64,000 nt of DNA from Felis catus. Taxonomy: Eukaryota. The notes under the pieces were generated by a model. That model saw only the letters and a program-made list of their open reading frames with translations. It was not told the DNA's origin and ran no database searches. The translations under genes and the position numbers were made by a program. The stretch spans positions 6,574,001 to 6,638,000 of the forward strand of contig NC_058383.1 in the NCBI RefSeq assembly GCF_018350175.1, read 5' to 3'. Below, piece after piece: positions 1 through 12,617 of the stretch; position 1 is the first letter of the stretch, and the number at the start of each line of letters is the position of its first letter.

Positions 1-1683
1 GGACTGATAGGGCGCAGGACAGGGATGAGATGGGTGGGTAAGGCTGGGAAGGTCCCCAGAGACCAGCTTCTGGAGGCCCCTCGCATCCTGGGGAATCAGG
101 CCACTAGAACTGGGCAGAGATCTGAGGTTGCTGCTGTTGTGTGGGTGTGAGATGATGTGGGGACAGCACAGGCCCTGGGGACCAAGAGGATGCAGGGGAG
201 GAGGGACAGCGAGCAGCTGGGGTGACCTGGGTGAGTGTTGGAGGACACAACTGGGAGAATCCTAACACCCAAGAGTCACTGTGTCCCCACCTTGGGAGGA
301 AGGCTTTGTTATTCCCATTTTAAGAGCATACTGAATGCCAGAGAAAGAAGTTACCTCTTCAAAGTCTCACGGGCAGGAGGCAGCAGAGCCAGGATCCAAG
401 CTCAGGTTTGACTTCCAAGCCTTGAGGGGCGTCTGCTGAAATGGACTCGATGTGTGTCCGGATCTCTAGCTGAACCAGGAAGGAAATGCCTCAAGCCAGA
501 ACTCTTGCCAGCATGTCACCCAGGCGTGCAGCTGAGATCTATACAACCTCTCATGGGCCTGCAGCCACCAGGGAAGTCCTCGCCTCCGGTCTCACACCAG
601 GTCCAACAAGACAACAGTCCTGGGCACACTGGGAGCCTTGCTGGCCAAGCACGGCCTCTTCATGCCGGCCACTCCTGCAAATCAGCTTCCAGCACGTTAG
701 AAGATACTTCCTTACCACCCCACGTGGCTCCAGTTCTGCTGGCTGGTGGCCCCTGGAGGCAACGACCGTGCACTATCTGTGCACCTTGCCAAACAGCCAC
801 CACCTTCTTGTACCTTCCTCCATCTTGTCAGAAAACCTCATTTGCGTGGGACAGACCGAACCTGAGCTACGGCAGGACCTCCAGGGGAGGGGGAGGTGTT
901 CTCGCAGGTCCCAGGGGCAGAGGGATTTTCTGCAGGCCAGGGTGAGCTGTAGACACTGGCGGCCGTGGTGTCCCTGCCGGGGGCTCCTGGGTCTGTTGAC
1001 CTCTAACACGGTCAAGCCCAGGGGGGCATGGTAGGAGTCCCTGGAAGTCAGGGGCCTGATTCCATCTCTGCCCATTAAATCCCTCTTTCTGACCTCAGGC
1101 CAAACCCCTGCTTGGCACAAATTACTGACCTCTCAGGATCGTACACAAAGGACACTGCTGTTCACAAGGCAGAGCGCCCCTCATGAAGGGGTGCAGGAGA
1201 AGGGACAGGCACAGTGGCCAATTCTGCAGGCAGCTCACGTGACCACGAAGTCTGTTTCCCTGCTGCCATCTCCACCACCCGGGGTGGTAAAGACGGGATG
1301 AGGTGATGCCTGGCAGTCACGTGGGTGCTGGGACACTTCCTTCCAGCACTCAAATCCTGAGACTGTTACCAGCAGGGGCATCTGGAGGGCAGGGCGGGGA
1401 GGCGCAGAGCTGCTGTCGGCCTGCTGAGGGCAGCGGACGGCACCCTGGCCACTCCAACTTAAGGTCGGCCATGGTCAGGTAAAGGGAGGGGAGGAGCTGG
1501 CTCTGTCCTGAGGTCTCTCTTAGCTCGGAGGCCCAGGGACAAGTCCCCACACACTGCTGGATGCTGCCTGAAACTTGCAGGGCAGACTGACCTGACAGCA
1601 ACACCATGCCCTGTTGGGTGAAAAGGGCCCAAGCATGGGGGCCCAAAAATGGATCACAGAACAAACGTTAAGATAATGTCAAG

Positions 1684-1689
1684 TTTAAT
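1684..1689 (-). terminator. PDAP1: Probable PDAP1 polyadenylation signal (ATTAAA)
   Basis: tttaat on + is ATTAAA on -, about 650 nt after the PDAP1 stop. TGTA lies just upstream (1700-1703) and GTTTGTTCT downstream (about 1658-1666). Confidence 0.6.
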
Positions 1690-2335
1690 CTGCCAAATAT
1701 ACAAGTTGGACTTGTGGAGCATGTTCTGCCTGGGTGCTGCACAGTAAACAGAGGTTTCTTGAAATGATCAATGGGCAAGGTTAAGAATGGGCCCTGGCTC
1801 TGGCCAGAAGGGTGGGAATGGGGCGGGGAAGGGCGAAGGGGACTGGCTGGGGACAAGCCATGACCCTCAGGGATCCAGGGACACGGGCTCCTGGACGATA
1901 GCCCCTCTGAGCGAGCACCCAGGCAACACAGACTGGGGCTGGTTGTTGCAAACTCAGCGGCAGCTGCCCCTCTGCACAACCAGCCCCTACTGTGCAATCT
2001 ACGGGATAAACAGAAGCTCTTCTTACCCCACCTCCCAGGCTCCCCCAACAAGAGTTCTGAATTCTAAAAACAGCAAAGACATTCCAATGGTTACATATGA
2101 AATGCTGTCCCGCATCTTTCTGTCTCAAAGATGGCAGCTGCCCCTTCCCCCAGCACCCTCCCACCATCCCCCCCCCAACGATTTCTGTGCCAAGATGAAA
2201 AGGAGGCCCCAGGCCAGGGTGGGGGCTCCTTGCCGTGAGGGGCTGCTGCAGCGGCGCCAGGGCAGGGCGGGCGAGACGCGGCAGAGGTCCTGGCAGAGCG
2301 GCCCAGGTCCCCGGTGCCTCCTCCCACAGGCCGTG

Positions 2336-2394
2336 CTACTTATTCAGGGACAGCGACTGCACTCGCTTTCCCGACAAGGTCGCGTCGTCTTTTG
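2336..2394 (-). CDS. PDAP1: PDAP1 coding exon 6 (last): (A)KDDATLSGKRVQSLSLNK*
   Basis: Acceptor cctcag|CA, TAG stop at 2338-2336, recognisable PDAP1 C-terminus. The six exons total 549 nt = 182 aa + stop. Confidence 0.95.
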
Positions 2395-3472
2395 CTGAGG
2401 GCAGGAAGGGAAGGGTTGGTGTTAACACAAGACCCCCTCCCTGCGCACACCCCCACGCACCCCAGAAGCACTGCCCTGGAGGGCCGAGGGACCTCAGAAC
2501 ACATTCTGGGCAACAGACTGAGCTGGCAGAGGGGGAACAGACCAGGAAGGATTCCCGCAGGAACCACTGTCCAGACATTCTTGCCAAGTTTGGGTGGCTG
2601 CCCCTGACACAGGGCCCCCAACACTCAAGCTACCGGCAAAGAGAAACTTCTTACCCCACCCAGAGGCAGAACCCCGTAATTACAGCCTCTTTTGTGGGGG
2701 CCGAAACCTCCAGTCAGCAACACCTGAAGTTCCTCCCCTGCCTGGGCTTTGTGAAGCAAGAGCAGGGAGCCGGGACAGCAGGCTACCTCCAGTGTGGTGA
2801 CAACCCTGGGGCAACTTATTTCCAGATCTAGGCCTCAGTTTCCCCATGATCTGGTGAGGAGGCAGGACAGCATGCTGGTCCCTAAGGGCTCTTGTGGCCC
2901 CACATGAGACCAGGTCCTGAGTCAAATGCTCCCGTAAACCAGACCAACTCCCCACAGCTATCCTGGCCTAGGAAAAGGCTCCACCTCTGACCCCATTGGG
3001 AGGGAGGGCATGAGGGAAGAGGGACAGTTGGGCCAGATTTCACCTGGGTCTGGACCGTGAAGTCTGGTCCAGCCCAGCCCTGCCGCACCCTCTCAAGCCC
3101 CTCAGATGGACGGTGGTTCTCCGAGGTAGCTTTCCCAGCCACACAAGGCACCGGATAATTCAGTGGAACCTTCCAACCTTGAAGGTCTGCCCCAGGTACA
3201 TCCCTGCGGCTTCCCTCAGATGCTGTAGACAGTGCTCTGCTTAGATCCAAACCCTCATCTGACTTCCAGCTGCTGCTGAGCCCTCCCAACACCCCACAAG
3301 GTTGGGGCAGAAACGCCCACCTCCACTGACGAGAAAGTAAGTGCATTTACACACAAGCTGGCCCTCCACCCAACAACCCAACCCCATCCCATTTCACAAG
3401 GACACTGAAGCGCAGGGTTTAGCGGCTTTCCCAGAAACCATCAGGCAGTCACACCGGCAGCTCAGGACTTAC

Positions 3473-3624
3473 CTTTCCTCTCCTCTTCTTTCTTCCGGGC
3501 AGCCTCTTCCCGCTGTTTCCGAATGATTGCCAGCCGGGCAAGGTCAGCTTTGGCTTGCTCTGTCTTCCCAGCTAAATGCATTTTCATGTAACGCTCTTTT
3601 GCTTTCTGCTTCTCGATTTCTTCT
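3473..3624 (-). CDS. PDAP1: PDAP1 exon 5: [50 protein letters not shown]
   Basis: aaacag| acceptor, G|GTAAG donor, 152 nt, conserved PP28-domain sequence. Confidence 0.97.
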
Positions 3625-5698
3625 CTGTTTGGATAAAATGGTGTCATAAGGGACATCTTCCCCACTATTATCAGCCGAGCTAGATGTGGGAGCCAGAATA
3701 AAAGCCAAGTACTTGGGCCCGGAGCCCAAGTAGACGAGGGTGCCCTTGCTCTGTGTGCCCCCTCCGATGGACACTCACCAAACAAGCAAGCAAGGGACAG
3801 GCCTGGACTTCTCAGCGGGCTGGAAGAAGTTCAAGCAGTGTACCAGCTTCCCCAGACATGTAACATAGGATGGGGGTGAACTCAGCACACGGTGAACAAT
3901 GTCTGCATTGGCCGGCGGGGGGATGCTGACTAGGGTCTGGTGTCCCCGGTAAGAAAGGGGGAGCAAAACCAGTGGACTGTGTATCAAGAGATGAGCAAGA
4001 GGAGGAAGACACTGGGAACCACATTCTACGAGGGGTAGAGAAGGGAGTAGCCACAGATGGGAACCACACCCACCCAATCTCAGGTCCACAGGACATGGCA
4101 CATTCTCAATTAGAGCAGCTCAGATGTGTAAGAGGCTGCCTTCAAAGTGGTGAGCCCCCACCAAGGAGGGTGTGGGCCTAAGAGCTCTACTCCCACAGGA
4201 CAAAGGTGTCAGTCACCAACCCACTAGGTAGAGAGGTGATGGTCATTAGCTCCTCCCTCTCATTAAGTCTTCCCTCTGAGATCCTCCTCCCAGGCCTGAG
4301 ATTCTGGAGTGAAGCGTGCACTTTCCACTGAGATATTAGATTGTCCCACTTATACCAGAATCCCTGGACGAGCCAAGTATTGGAGGAGGGGACAGGGAAG
4401 CCCTAACAGGAACATGAGAAAGGGACTTGGCCTCCCAGAGGCCCTGACAGCACACTGCGCTGGGTGATAAGAAACAAGGCATGGGGCCTGGCCAGAGGGG
4501 AGGAGAGCCAGCCACCAAAAGTCAGCTGAGCAGACGTTTCGCCCAGGAGACTCTCAGTAAGACACGTGCAATAGAGAGGAGACTGGAACACCTGTCAGCC
4601 CAGCAGATCCTACCCTGGGAGGCAGGTGCAGGGTCAGGAGCCTCTGAGCTAGCAGCAGAGATCCAAACCAGGGTTGGGGGGTGGGGAGGGGGGTTCCCTG
4701 GAGGCATCTGGAACAATGAGCAAGACTACCAGAAGCTCTGCAAGGTCCTCTGGGTGAAGGCTCGGGGCCAGGCAGGATGCCGGCCTTCATGGCTTTCACT
4801 CTGCAGCCTCAAAGGGTGGGGGTAACAACAGGATCCTCTTCTTACTGGTGAGAAGGAAGCTACTGGAGGAGTAGAATCCTTAGCAGCCTCTCATCACACC
4901 CCGAACTTGTGAGCCTTTTCATAAAACCCTCAGCCGTCATGGGGTTAGCACAGGAAGGCGGATTTAAATCTCAGCAGCCCAGGAAGGGAAAAACAAAACA
5001 AAACAAAACAAAACAGGACAGCTTTCCCTAGTGGCCTTCAACCTTTTATAAGGTCCCTGCTGTCAGCTGGTGGCCACTGAAAGTCCAGGCACTACCTGTC
5101 AAGGAATGGCCATGTGCAGGGCACTTCAGCACTCAATTGAGACCCTCATATAATCGCAAAGAGAAGGCTGTCTGCAGCTCCGTTTCCACCTGGGACTTAG
5201 GGAGCACTGGGGCAGCCAGCAGACCTCTCTGTACTGTGCTCTCTGCACCGTGAACCTCTGGGTTCTCCCAACCCCCACGGCAATGACATCAAAGAATGCA
5301 GGCCAAGAATGGTCAGACTGGGCTGGGTAAGGAACTGTCCCCAGAGTGGGGTGCTGTGGAGGAAGAGACTGTACCATAACCCTCCATTTCCTTGGGCATT
5401 ACTTCAAGTGTGACGCTCAGGTCTAAAACTGTTGTTCTATTTTCCCTGTTGTGTTCCTACTGGTGAAAAATTATTTCTGTTTGGTGTTTCTGGAAAAGCT
5501 TCTATAGAGCCTTCAAGGAATGAGATAAACAAAAAAAACAGATACTGTAGCTAGAGCCCTCACCCAGTCCCTGGGAACCCCAGGGCCCAGGAGGCAAGGG
5601 TAGGGGAACTGGGTGCCTCAGCCGCTCCTCCCACCCCGCCACGAAGGTCAGCCCCCCACCCACGCGCCCAGGTCACAAGGCCCAGTAGCAGAGGTTAC

Positions 5699-5820
5699 CG
5701 TTCTCTCCTTGAAAGCTCCCTGGGCCCATCCAGGTCCAGTTGTGTGACCTTTTTGGTTGTCTGTGCCACCCTGTTAGGGTTCTCAATGTCGATGAGCCCT
5801 TCCACGCCTTTGCGCTTTTG
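5699..5820 (-). CDS. PDAP1: PDAP1 exon 4: [40 protein letters not shown](R)
   Basis: ccttag| acceptor, CG|GTAAC donor, 122 nt, translation matches PDAP1. Confidence 0.96.
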
Positions 5821-7403
5821 CTAAGGTAAGACAAGAAGCCGGCTGTTGGAAAAGTCCGTCCAGCAGAGCCCCTGAGGGCCATGCCCACCATCTCCCAACA
5901 GCCCCCCTGGGCAGGGACAAACTTCTGCTCCACCCCCAGACAACATGATGCTCGGCCCAAGCCTCACAGTGGGAACAGCACCTCGGGGTGTCTTCACCAG
6001 CCCAGGAGGTACAAGGACAGCAAGTGCAGGTGACTGGAGCCCAACCTATGCCAAGTCCCAGCAACTGGAGGTTATTGTCTCAGATTCACAGGTGACAGAA
6101 CAGAGGCACAGGACTAAACAACTTGCCTGAGGCCAACCAGGAAGCAGACCGATGAGCTGAGAACCCAAGCCCAGCTCACAAGCTCTCAACACAGAGCACT
6201 ACGCCCCTACTTCAGGCTCAGCCTCTGGAAGCTCACGTCTGACTGCAACAACCACTGCTGGGTCCCCAGGGCAGGCCACACTAAGGATGTTCTCAGGACC
6301 AATTCCAATTCCTACCCATCTCAGCTCACGGGAGGGAAATGTGACATGAGAAGGAGCCATGGGATCACAGTCTACGGGTTTAGGGAGGCTGCACCTCCCA
6401 CCTCCCCTGGGAGATGTTCAACAGGAGCACAAGTCCCCAGTATAGCAGGCTGGGCCCAAGTCTCAGGTGCTGTTGACCACAGCTTTTCTCTTTAAGTGAC
6501 CAGGGAAACAGGTTCCAAATACCAGCCAATCTGACGCAGAGCTCCAGACAACAACAGCCATTTGAGCTACCTGTGAACACGTCCACTTGTATGCTCATGT
6601 CACAAGCGAATGTGCCTAAATGGAACTCGAGACTCACCCCTCGCCTACCCTGCTCCTTCCGACCATCCTTATGCCATAGCCTCATGCCTCCTTCCCTCAG
6701 TCCCTGGACCCACCCTTCAGCAAACCCAAAAACACAGCGTGAACCTGCCCCCTCTCCCCCATTGGCCCAGCCACAATCTCTTGTCTGGTGACCTGCTGCC
6801 ACTTCCCTGCTTACATCCTCTACAATTTACTCTTTGCAGAGAAGCCACAACCACCTTTTAAAAGCAAATCTGGTCATCACTCTCCGCCACTTCAAGGCCT
6901 CCACCAGCTGCCCACTACCCGCAACAGTGAAACTCAAACCCTTCAACTGCCACTCGGGAGCTGCCCTGGCCAACCTCTCCTCCCGCATCCCTAGCCACTC
7001 TACCCCTTACCCACCTAGGCACATGCCCACCAGCCTCCTGCTGTCCTGTCCGACCCCGGAGCCCCTGCACTTGCCAATCCGGCCACCCTGACGGCTCTGC
7101 ACGTTGGTTTTTCACACACCGGGCTCCAGCCTGTTTTTCAGATCTCAGTTTAAAAGTCACCCTCCTCACCACACACTGCTTCAAGTACCCATGATCAGTC
7201 CATCTTACTCATAATACTTGCTGCTACTTGAAATCATAACATTTGTTCACATCCTCATTGTCTGTACCTTGCTATTAAAACATAACCCCTTAAGATTGAA
7301 GACTCTGTCTGCATCCACCATTGGGAATGGTGACCAACAAGCACTTAATAGATGTTTGTTGAATGAATGAGTCCAAGTCCCAGGCCTCCACCAAACTCAG
7401 CAC

Positions 7404-7514
7404 CTGGTAATCATCTTCTTCATCTTCACTCTCATCTGAGTCTAGGGATTTCTTCTCCTTTTTGGGGTCCCCTGCAGCCCCATCTCCACCTTCTTCTCCT
7501 TGTTCCTCTTCTTC
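7404..7514 (-). CDS. PDAP1: PDAP1 exon 3: EEEEQGEEGGDGAAGDPKKEKKSLDSDESEDEEDDYQ
   Basis: aaacag| acceptor, CAG|GTGCT donor, 111 nt, acidic serine-containing segment of PDAP1. Confidence 0.95.
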
Positions 7515-8834
7515 CTGTTTCAGAAATGGACAACCTGCAAAATCAAAAATGCACAAACCCCCTAGACTGTGAACCCTGCTCCCACCACCTCCAGACTGTG
7601 GACCCCAAGGAATTAAACCCCCACAAGGCTGGGACCAAGTATGACAAGGGTCCTACTCTGTAACCCCGGCCCCTGGTAGGGGACCTGGGTCAGAGGCAGC
7701 CTATATATTTGGCTCCACAGCCTGGAAGCCATTCCCACACTCCAGCCTGGGTGAGAAGTTCATCTCCCAGGGTCAGAAGGACTCGGCTGTGGGGCGAGGA
7801 ACCTCAGTCCCGCTCAGCCCCCCTCCTGCTTCCCCAGCTGCCACATGCAGCTGTCAAACTGTACTGTTTTCCTGGGCAAGTCCTCCCGTGTCCCACTCCC
7901 ACGGTGGAAATGGAGGGCCAGTCACTCGAGCCTGCCTCTGCAGATGCCCTGCTGCGCTGACTTCCCGGGACAACGCTCAACATGCCACTTCCCTCCACCT
8001 TTCTTGCTTCCCCACCAAAAACATTCCTAACAAAGCCAGTACATCCTTCCCCCTACCACTTGCCCACATACTCTCCAAGGTCCCACTTAGCTGGCAGCTC
8101 CTCCATCCAGCCCTCTGCCCCCTCCTCCATTCAAATGCAGCCCCTCCCTTCTAGGGGCTCCCAGGCCCTTCACAGCGGTGTCACCCATCCAGCCTGACTG
8201 TGCTCTTTTCGGCCCCTATTCAGGCGAGGATCTAATGGTGTGGTCAGGGATGTGGACATTGACGAGGAGAGAAATATTCCACTTCCTGACAGTAGGCTGG
8301 AAAAAACACCGCAGGAACAGAGTGGAGGGAACTGCTAAGCTTGGACCAGAGGGGGCAGGGTGAAGAGCATCAGTGAGAATCATAGAGGAGATGACTCTGA
8401 GCAAGGTCTGGAGGAACGAAGGGTGCTCTGCCTGCTGGGGGTGAGGGGAGGCAGGGCACTATGTTGTGCTGGGTGTGGCATGGCTACAGCAGACAGATGG
8501 GGAGTGCGGGAAGTTTGAGCTATGGATGGGCAGGGCCTGGCAAAACGACCGCTCCCAGAAAGCAGGACACAGGACGAAGAAGAGACACCCACTAAGGCGA
8601 CCATCGCTAAAAGAACAAAGTTCTAATTGATTCAATCAGAAGATACCTCTCCTCTTCACTGTCGCTGGTTGTTCAGGGACACCCGCCTGCTGCCCGTGCC
8701 CCGGGCACCCCCCCTCCCCCTCAGGTGCTGGCTTCTGCCTAGGAATTGGTGGTCCCTGCCTGGCCTCTCTGGATGACAAAGAGGCAGGGCACCGCCCTGG
8801 GCCACTGGAGTGGCTGGCACAGGCACGTACTCAC

Positions 8835-8926
8835 CCTGGCCTTCTGCTTCTCAGCCTGGAGCTGCGCGTCGATCTCCTCAGGGCTTGTGTACTGCCGTGC
8901 CCGGCCTTTGTGGCCTCCCTTTCTCC
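8835..8926 (-). CDS. PDAP1: PDAP1 exon 2: [31 protein letters not shown]
   Basis: gtgcag| acceptor, AGG|GTGAGT donor, 92 nt. Confidence 0.96.
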
Positions 8927-9324
8927 CTGCACGAGGATCAGCAGCTTAGGAGGTGGGAGGTAATCAGCTTCCCTGATTGCCCTGAGCCCCAAAGGGCTGC
9001 GTCCTGCTTGAGGTGCTGTCATCAGAGGCTGCAGAGACCTCCCCTACCCCTCACCAAGCACCACCCAAACCTATTCTCCTCCCTTCACATATCCAAAGGG
9101 ACAAAAGAGGCAACATGCGACCATCTGACGCAGCACCAAACTACGTGCTAGACATAGGTTCCTACAGATAAGACCTGAGAGGAGGATGTGGGAGAGGGCA
9201 CGCTGCATGTAATAACTGGCTAAATCCCATGGTGCCTTAGAATCCAAACTCAGGTCAAAATGCAGTAAGAACATTTAACACTACAGTCCTTTTTACTTGC
9301 AAAAGTTCTGGCACAACCATGGAC

Positions 9325-10275
9325 CCTCTTGAGCCAGGACAATGGACTGACCCCTGCTCTGCTGGTTCTGGAGGATGCTGAGGTAGTTGTGGCCTGAATC
9401 TAGCCCCACCTTTGAGCCCATATGTGGAGAATCATGGCTGATCCCATTCTAAAGACAAGAAACTAAAGACTGAAACCGAATGATGAAGAGCACGAATGCC
9501 GGAGTCTGACCCTCAGGCTCAAATCTCAGCTCTACCACTTACAAGCTTTGGGAGGGTACCTGACCTCTCAGTCTCAGTGTCTTCAGCTGTGTCCCTACCT
9601 CCTGGAGTTGTCATGGGAATGAATTTGTTAACACATGTAAAACTGTTGGAACAGTGCCTGAGATCGGATTAAGCACTACAAAAACGTATGCTATGTTTGC
9701 TAATTTTCTAATAAGGTATTTTGGCAGGAGATAAAAAAAAAACAAAGCCACTGACCACATTAGTGATTCCCTATAAAAGTCAGGAAATATGGGACACCTG
9801 GGTGGCTCAGTCGGTTAAGCGTCCGACTCGGTTTCGGCTCAGGTCGTGATCTCATGGATTGTGGGCTCAAGCCCCACATTGGGCTCTGTGCTGACATGGC
9901 AGAGCCTGCCTGGGATTCTCTCTTTCCCTCTGTCCCTTCCCCTATTGTGCTATTTCAAAATAAATAAACATTAAAAAAAAAAAAAGGGTCAGGGGATGTA
10001 ATGAAACACTTTTTGTTCACCTGAGCCATTATACTATAAGGAAAAAACCCTAAACCTATTGGAAACTTTCTTGCATGTGGAGTAAGAAACATAGCTGGCA
10101 AAGTTAAAGTTGAAAATAAAGCTGACTCCCTTCTAACAGTTAAAAGTGTGATTAGCAATTAAAGTTCATCTAAGAGTATCAGTCTGAGCCTCTTGAGCTA
10201 GGACAATAGACTGACCCCTGCCCTGCTGGTCCTGGAAGACGCTGGGGTGGTTGTGGCCTCAATCCATCCCCACCT
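9325..10275 (+). repeat. 87-bp dispersed direct repeat (9325-9411 and 10189-10275)
   Basis: Ungapped manual alignment, 76/87 identical. Confidence 0.9.
9791..9986 (+). mobile_element. Carnivore tRNA-derived SINE (Can-SINE)
   Basis: gggacacctgggtggctcagtcggttaagcg head, CT-rich tract, AATAAA/A-rich tail. Confidence 0.9.
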
Positions 10276-12141
10276 CTTCTGGAAGCTTCGGCCCAGCTAA
10301 TTTCTAGTGAGTCTGAGTGCAGAGAATCTGTAATTAGACAGCCACAGCTTCTCTGGACTCGAGAGACAGTAGCAGAGATACCAACCTCCTCTTATTTCCT
10401 AGACAGCAGCTGCAAAGCCATAATTGGGCTGCTACAGATCACACCACCCATTTTTAATGACTGCCTGGGTTCCCGGGGGGTGTCTCAGTCTACGCTCATC
10501 CAAGTCCTATTGTGAGAGATCAAGCTTGCCAGTTAAAAAAAAAAAAAAAAAACCAACAAGCTTTCCAGGCCTCTCAATATTCCAGGCAGTAATAACAACT
10601 CAAAACTAGCTACTACACGCTGTCATTCCGCACACTTGGCTAGGCGATACGGACCTTAGTTCAGACTACAATAACTTTTACCAGCATGCCTTTGAAAATG
10701 CTTTACAGTTACTAATGGAAACAAGAGTTCCTCCTTTTCTCTTGGATAATTTTATACTTAAAAAAAAATCTTGTTTTCTTTTGCTTTTCAAGCAAATAAA
10801 CCCAAGCAAAATAGGTAAATCTTATCTGCTCATAAAGCTTTTCACAAGCCAAAGGCCAAGTCATTTAACCAAGAATTCATATTTAGGATTCTGTAACCTC
10901 CAACTTTGACTCAAACTATCTATGAAGTAGGACACTTAGAACCAGAATTCTGGAACCAGAAGGGTTCAGATGGCACCCTCATTTTGCACAACAGGAGGCT
11001 GTGGAAAATGGAAGACACCTGGCTCTTCCTACCAGGCTAAATCAACAGAGAGGTAGGTTTAAATGGATTCGATTCTGTAAGCCCCAATATCTCTGCAAGT
11101 AGAGAGTCAGGAAGTCATTTAGGTTTGAAAAAGCTCCAAGTAGATTTCCTGTGGGCTAAAGCATCTTAACCAACATGACACTTGAGCTACCACTATTAAC
11201 CGAACATCTGTTCTGGGCCAGAAGTTAGCCAGGCACTTTGAGTGCTCCATTATTTTATGACCTCTATCTCCAGCTCTCCAAGCTAAGGGTTATCAGCCAG
11301 GTGTTCCAGATGACAAAAATGGGCAGGAATTAGATAATTTGTTTCAGGCCACAGAGTTGGGCAGTGACACAGCTAGACTTGAAATCAAGAACTACGGACT
11401 CTTAGGGGAAAGAGAAAGGACTGTCTACGATGCACTGGGAAGCCACGCATCTTCTATCCTCTTGGCCAAGAAATTGACGAAACCGTATAAATAATGCTTA
11501 GCGAGCGCTTGACTGCCTGGAGCTGTGCTGCGCACTCCACGTGGATCACCTGGTGGTGTAAGCCTCACATCACTACTATGAGGTAGATACAATCAAAAGC
11601 CCCTTGCAAATGAGAAAACTGAGACACAGGGAGGTTAAGCGACTGGCTCAGAGACACACATAGAGCCGCTGCCGAATAGGGACATTCAAAGCCAGTCAGC
11701 CAGCCTCGAGAGCATCAAGTTAGGTCTCATTAGGCAGGCCTCGCTCGCCCGGAGCTCGAGAGGCCCCACGTTTTACGCGCAAGGCAGACGGGCTCGGCAC
11801 AGGCGCGGGACGCGGTGACTCAGTCCCCGCGAGCCTGGAAGAGGGAGTAAACTCCAGGTCCCTCAGGCCAAGAGAAGCGCGCCCCAGATCAGGCCTTCGG
11901 CGTCGGCGAGGAGCCGGAGCCTTGGGTCTCCTCAGACCCCCGAAGGAGTGGCTCGTAACCACTCCGGTCCTCAGTTTCTCCATCGGGACAATTGGGCGCC
12001 GAGGCCCAGGCCTGGCCCTCAGCCGGCGCGGACGTCCTCCCTCGGCGCCGCTCTCCGAGACACCCGCGGGCAGAATGAACAGCGGGAGCCGGACTCGGGC
12101 AGCCCCTCGAGGCCCGCAGGCCACGCGCGCTTGGCCCTCAC

Positions 12142-12154
12142 CTCCTTTAGGCAT
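12142..12154 (-). CDS. PDAP1: PDAP1 exon 1 coding part: MPKG+G
   Basis: ATG CCT AAA GGA G|GTGAG inside the CpG island; phase 1 matches exon 2. Confidence 0.93.
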
Positions 12155-12259
12155 CGCGGATCCGGCGGCTGCGGCAGCGGCGGCGGCGCCTCGAACTGAC
12201 ACCGGAACCGGAAATATCTCGGGCTCAACTTCTTCCGCCCGGCCCAGTACCCTCAGCGC

Positions 12260-12286
12260 GCCGCCGCCGCCGCCGCCGCCGCCGCC
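12260..12286 (+). repeat. (GCC)9 trinucleotide repeat
   Basis: Perfect 27-nt GCC run between the two divergent first exons. Confidence 0.9.
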
Positions 12287-12569
12287 TGCTCGAGGACCGG
12301 GGACTTCAAGGAGGCCGGAGCACGAAGACTGTCCCGCGAGCCGCCTGAGTCCAGGCTCGCCCGCGCGCTGCCCAGGCAACAGCGCCCCCAGTCCCTCAGC
12401 CCCCGGGGAGACGCGTGAGCCTGCCGGTCTCCCCCCGGGAAGTGACGGCAAAAGGCAACAGCGGGCTGGAATTTATACAGGCGGAGCTGCAGACACCTAA
12501 AATGACGCAATCTCAGCGCGAGAAAGGGAGGGGATCCGCGAGGACCTCATCCTGGAGAGATTGCCTGGG

Positions 12570-12617
12570 AAGCGGAAGCCGTCGATAAAGAGGCGGCTGA
12601 CGGCGATGGTGGTTCAG
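12570..12617 (+). other. BUD31: BUD31 first exon (5' end uncertain)
   Basis: Strong donor CAG|GTGAGT at 12617/12618 at the edge of the CpG island. The TSS cannot be determined from sequence. Confidence 0.7.

Noticed and set aside
1..1680. Last exon of ARPC1B, expected upstream by synteny, and the ORFs at 454-1120
   Set aside because: I found no recognisable ARPC1B C-terminal sequence. The ORFs overlap in several frames, resemble no known protein, and fit GC-rich UTR or intergenic DNA.
9325..9411. 87-bp repeat unit as a duplicated intronic snoRNA
   Set aside because: I see no correctly placed C/D or H/ACA boxes on the PDAP1 sense strand.
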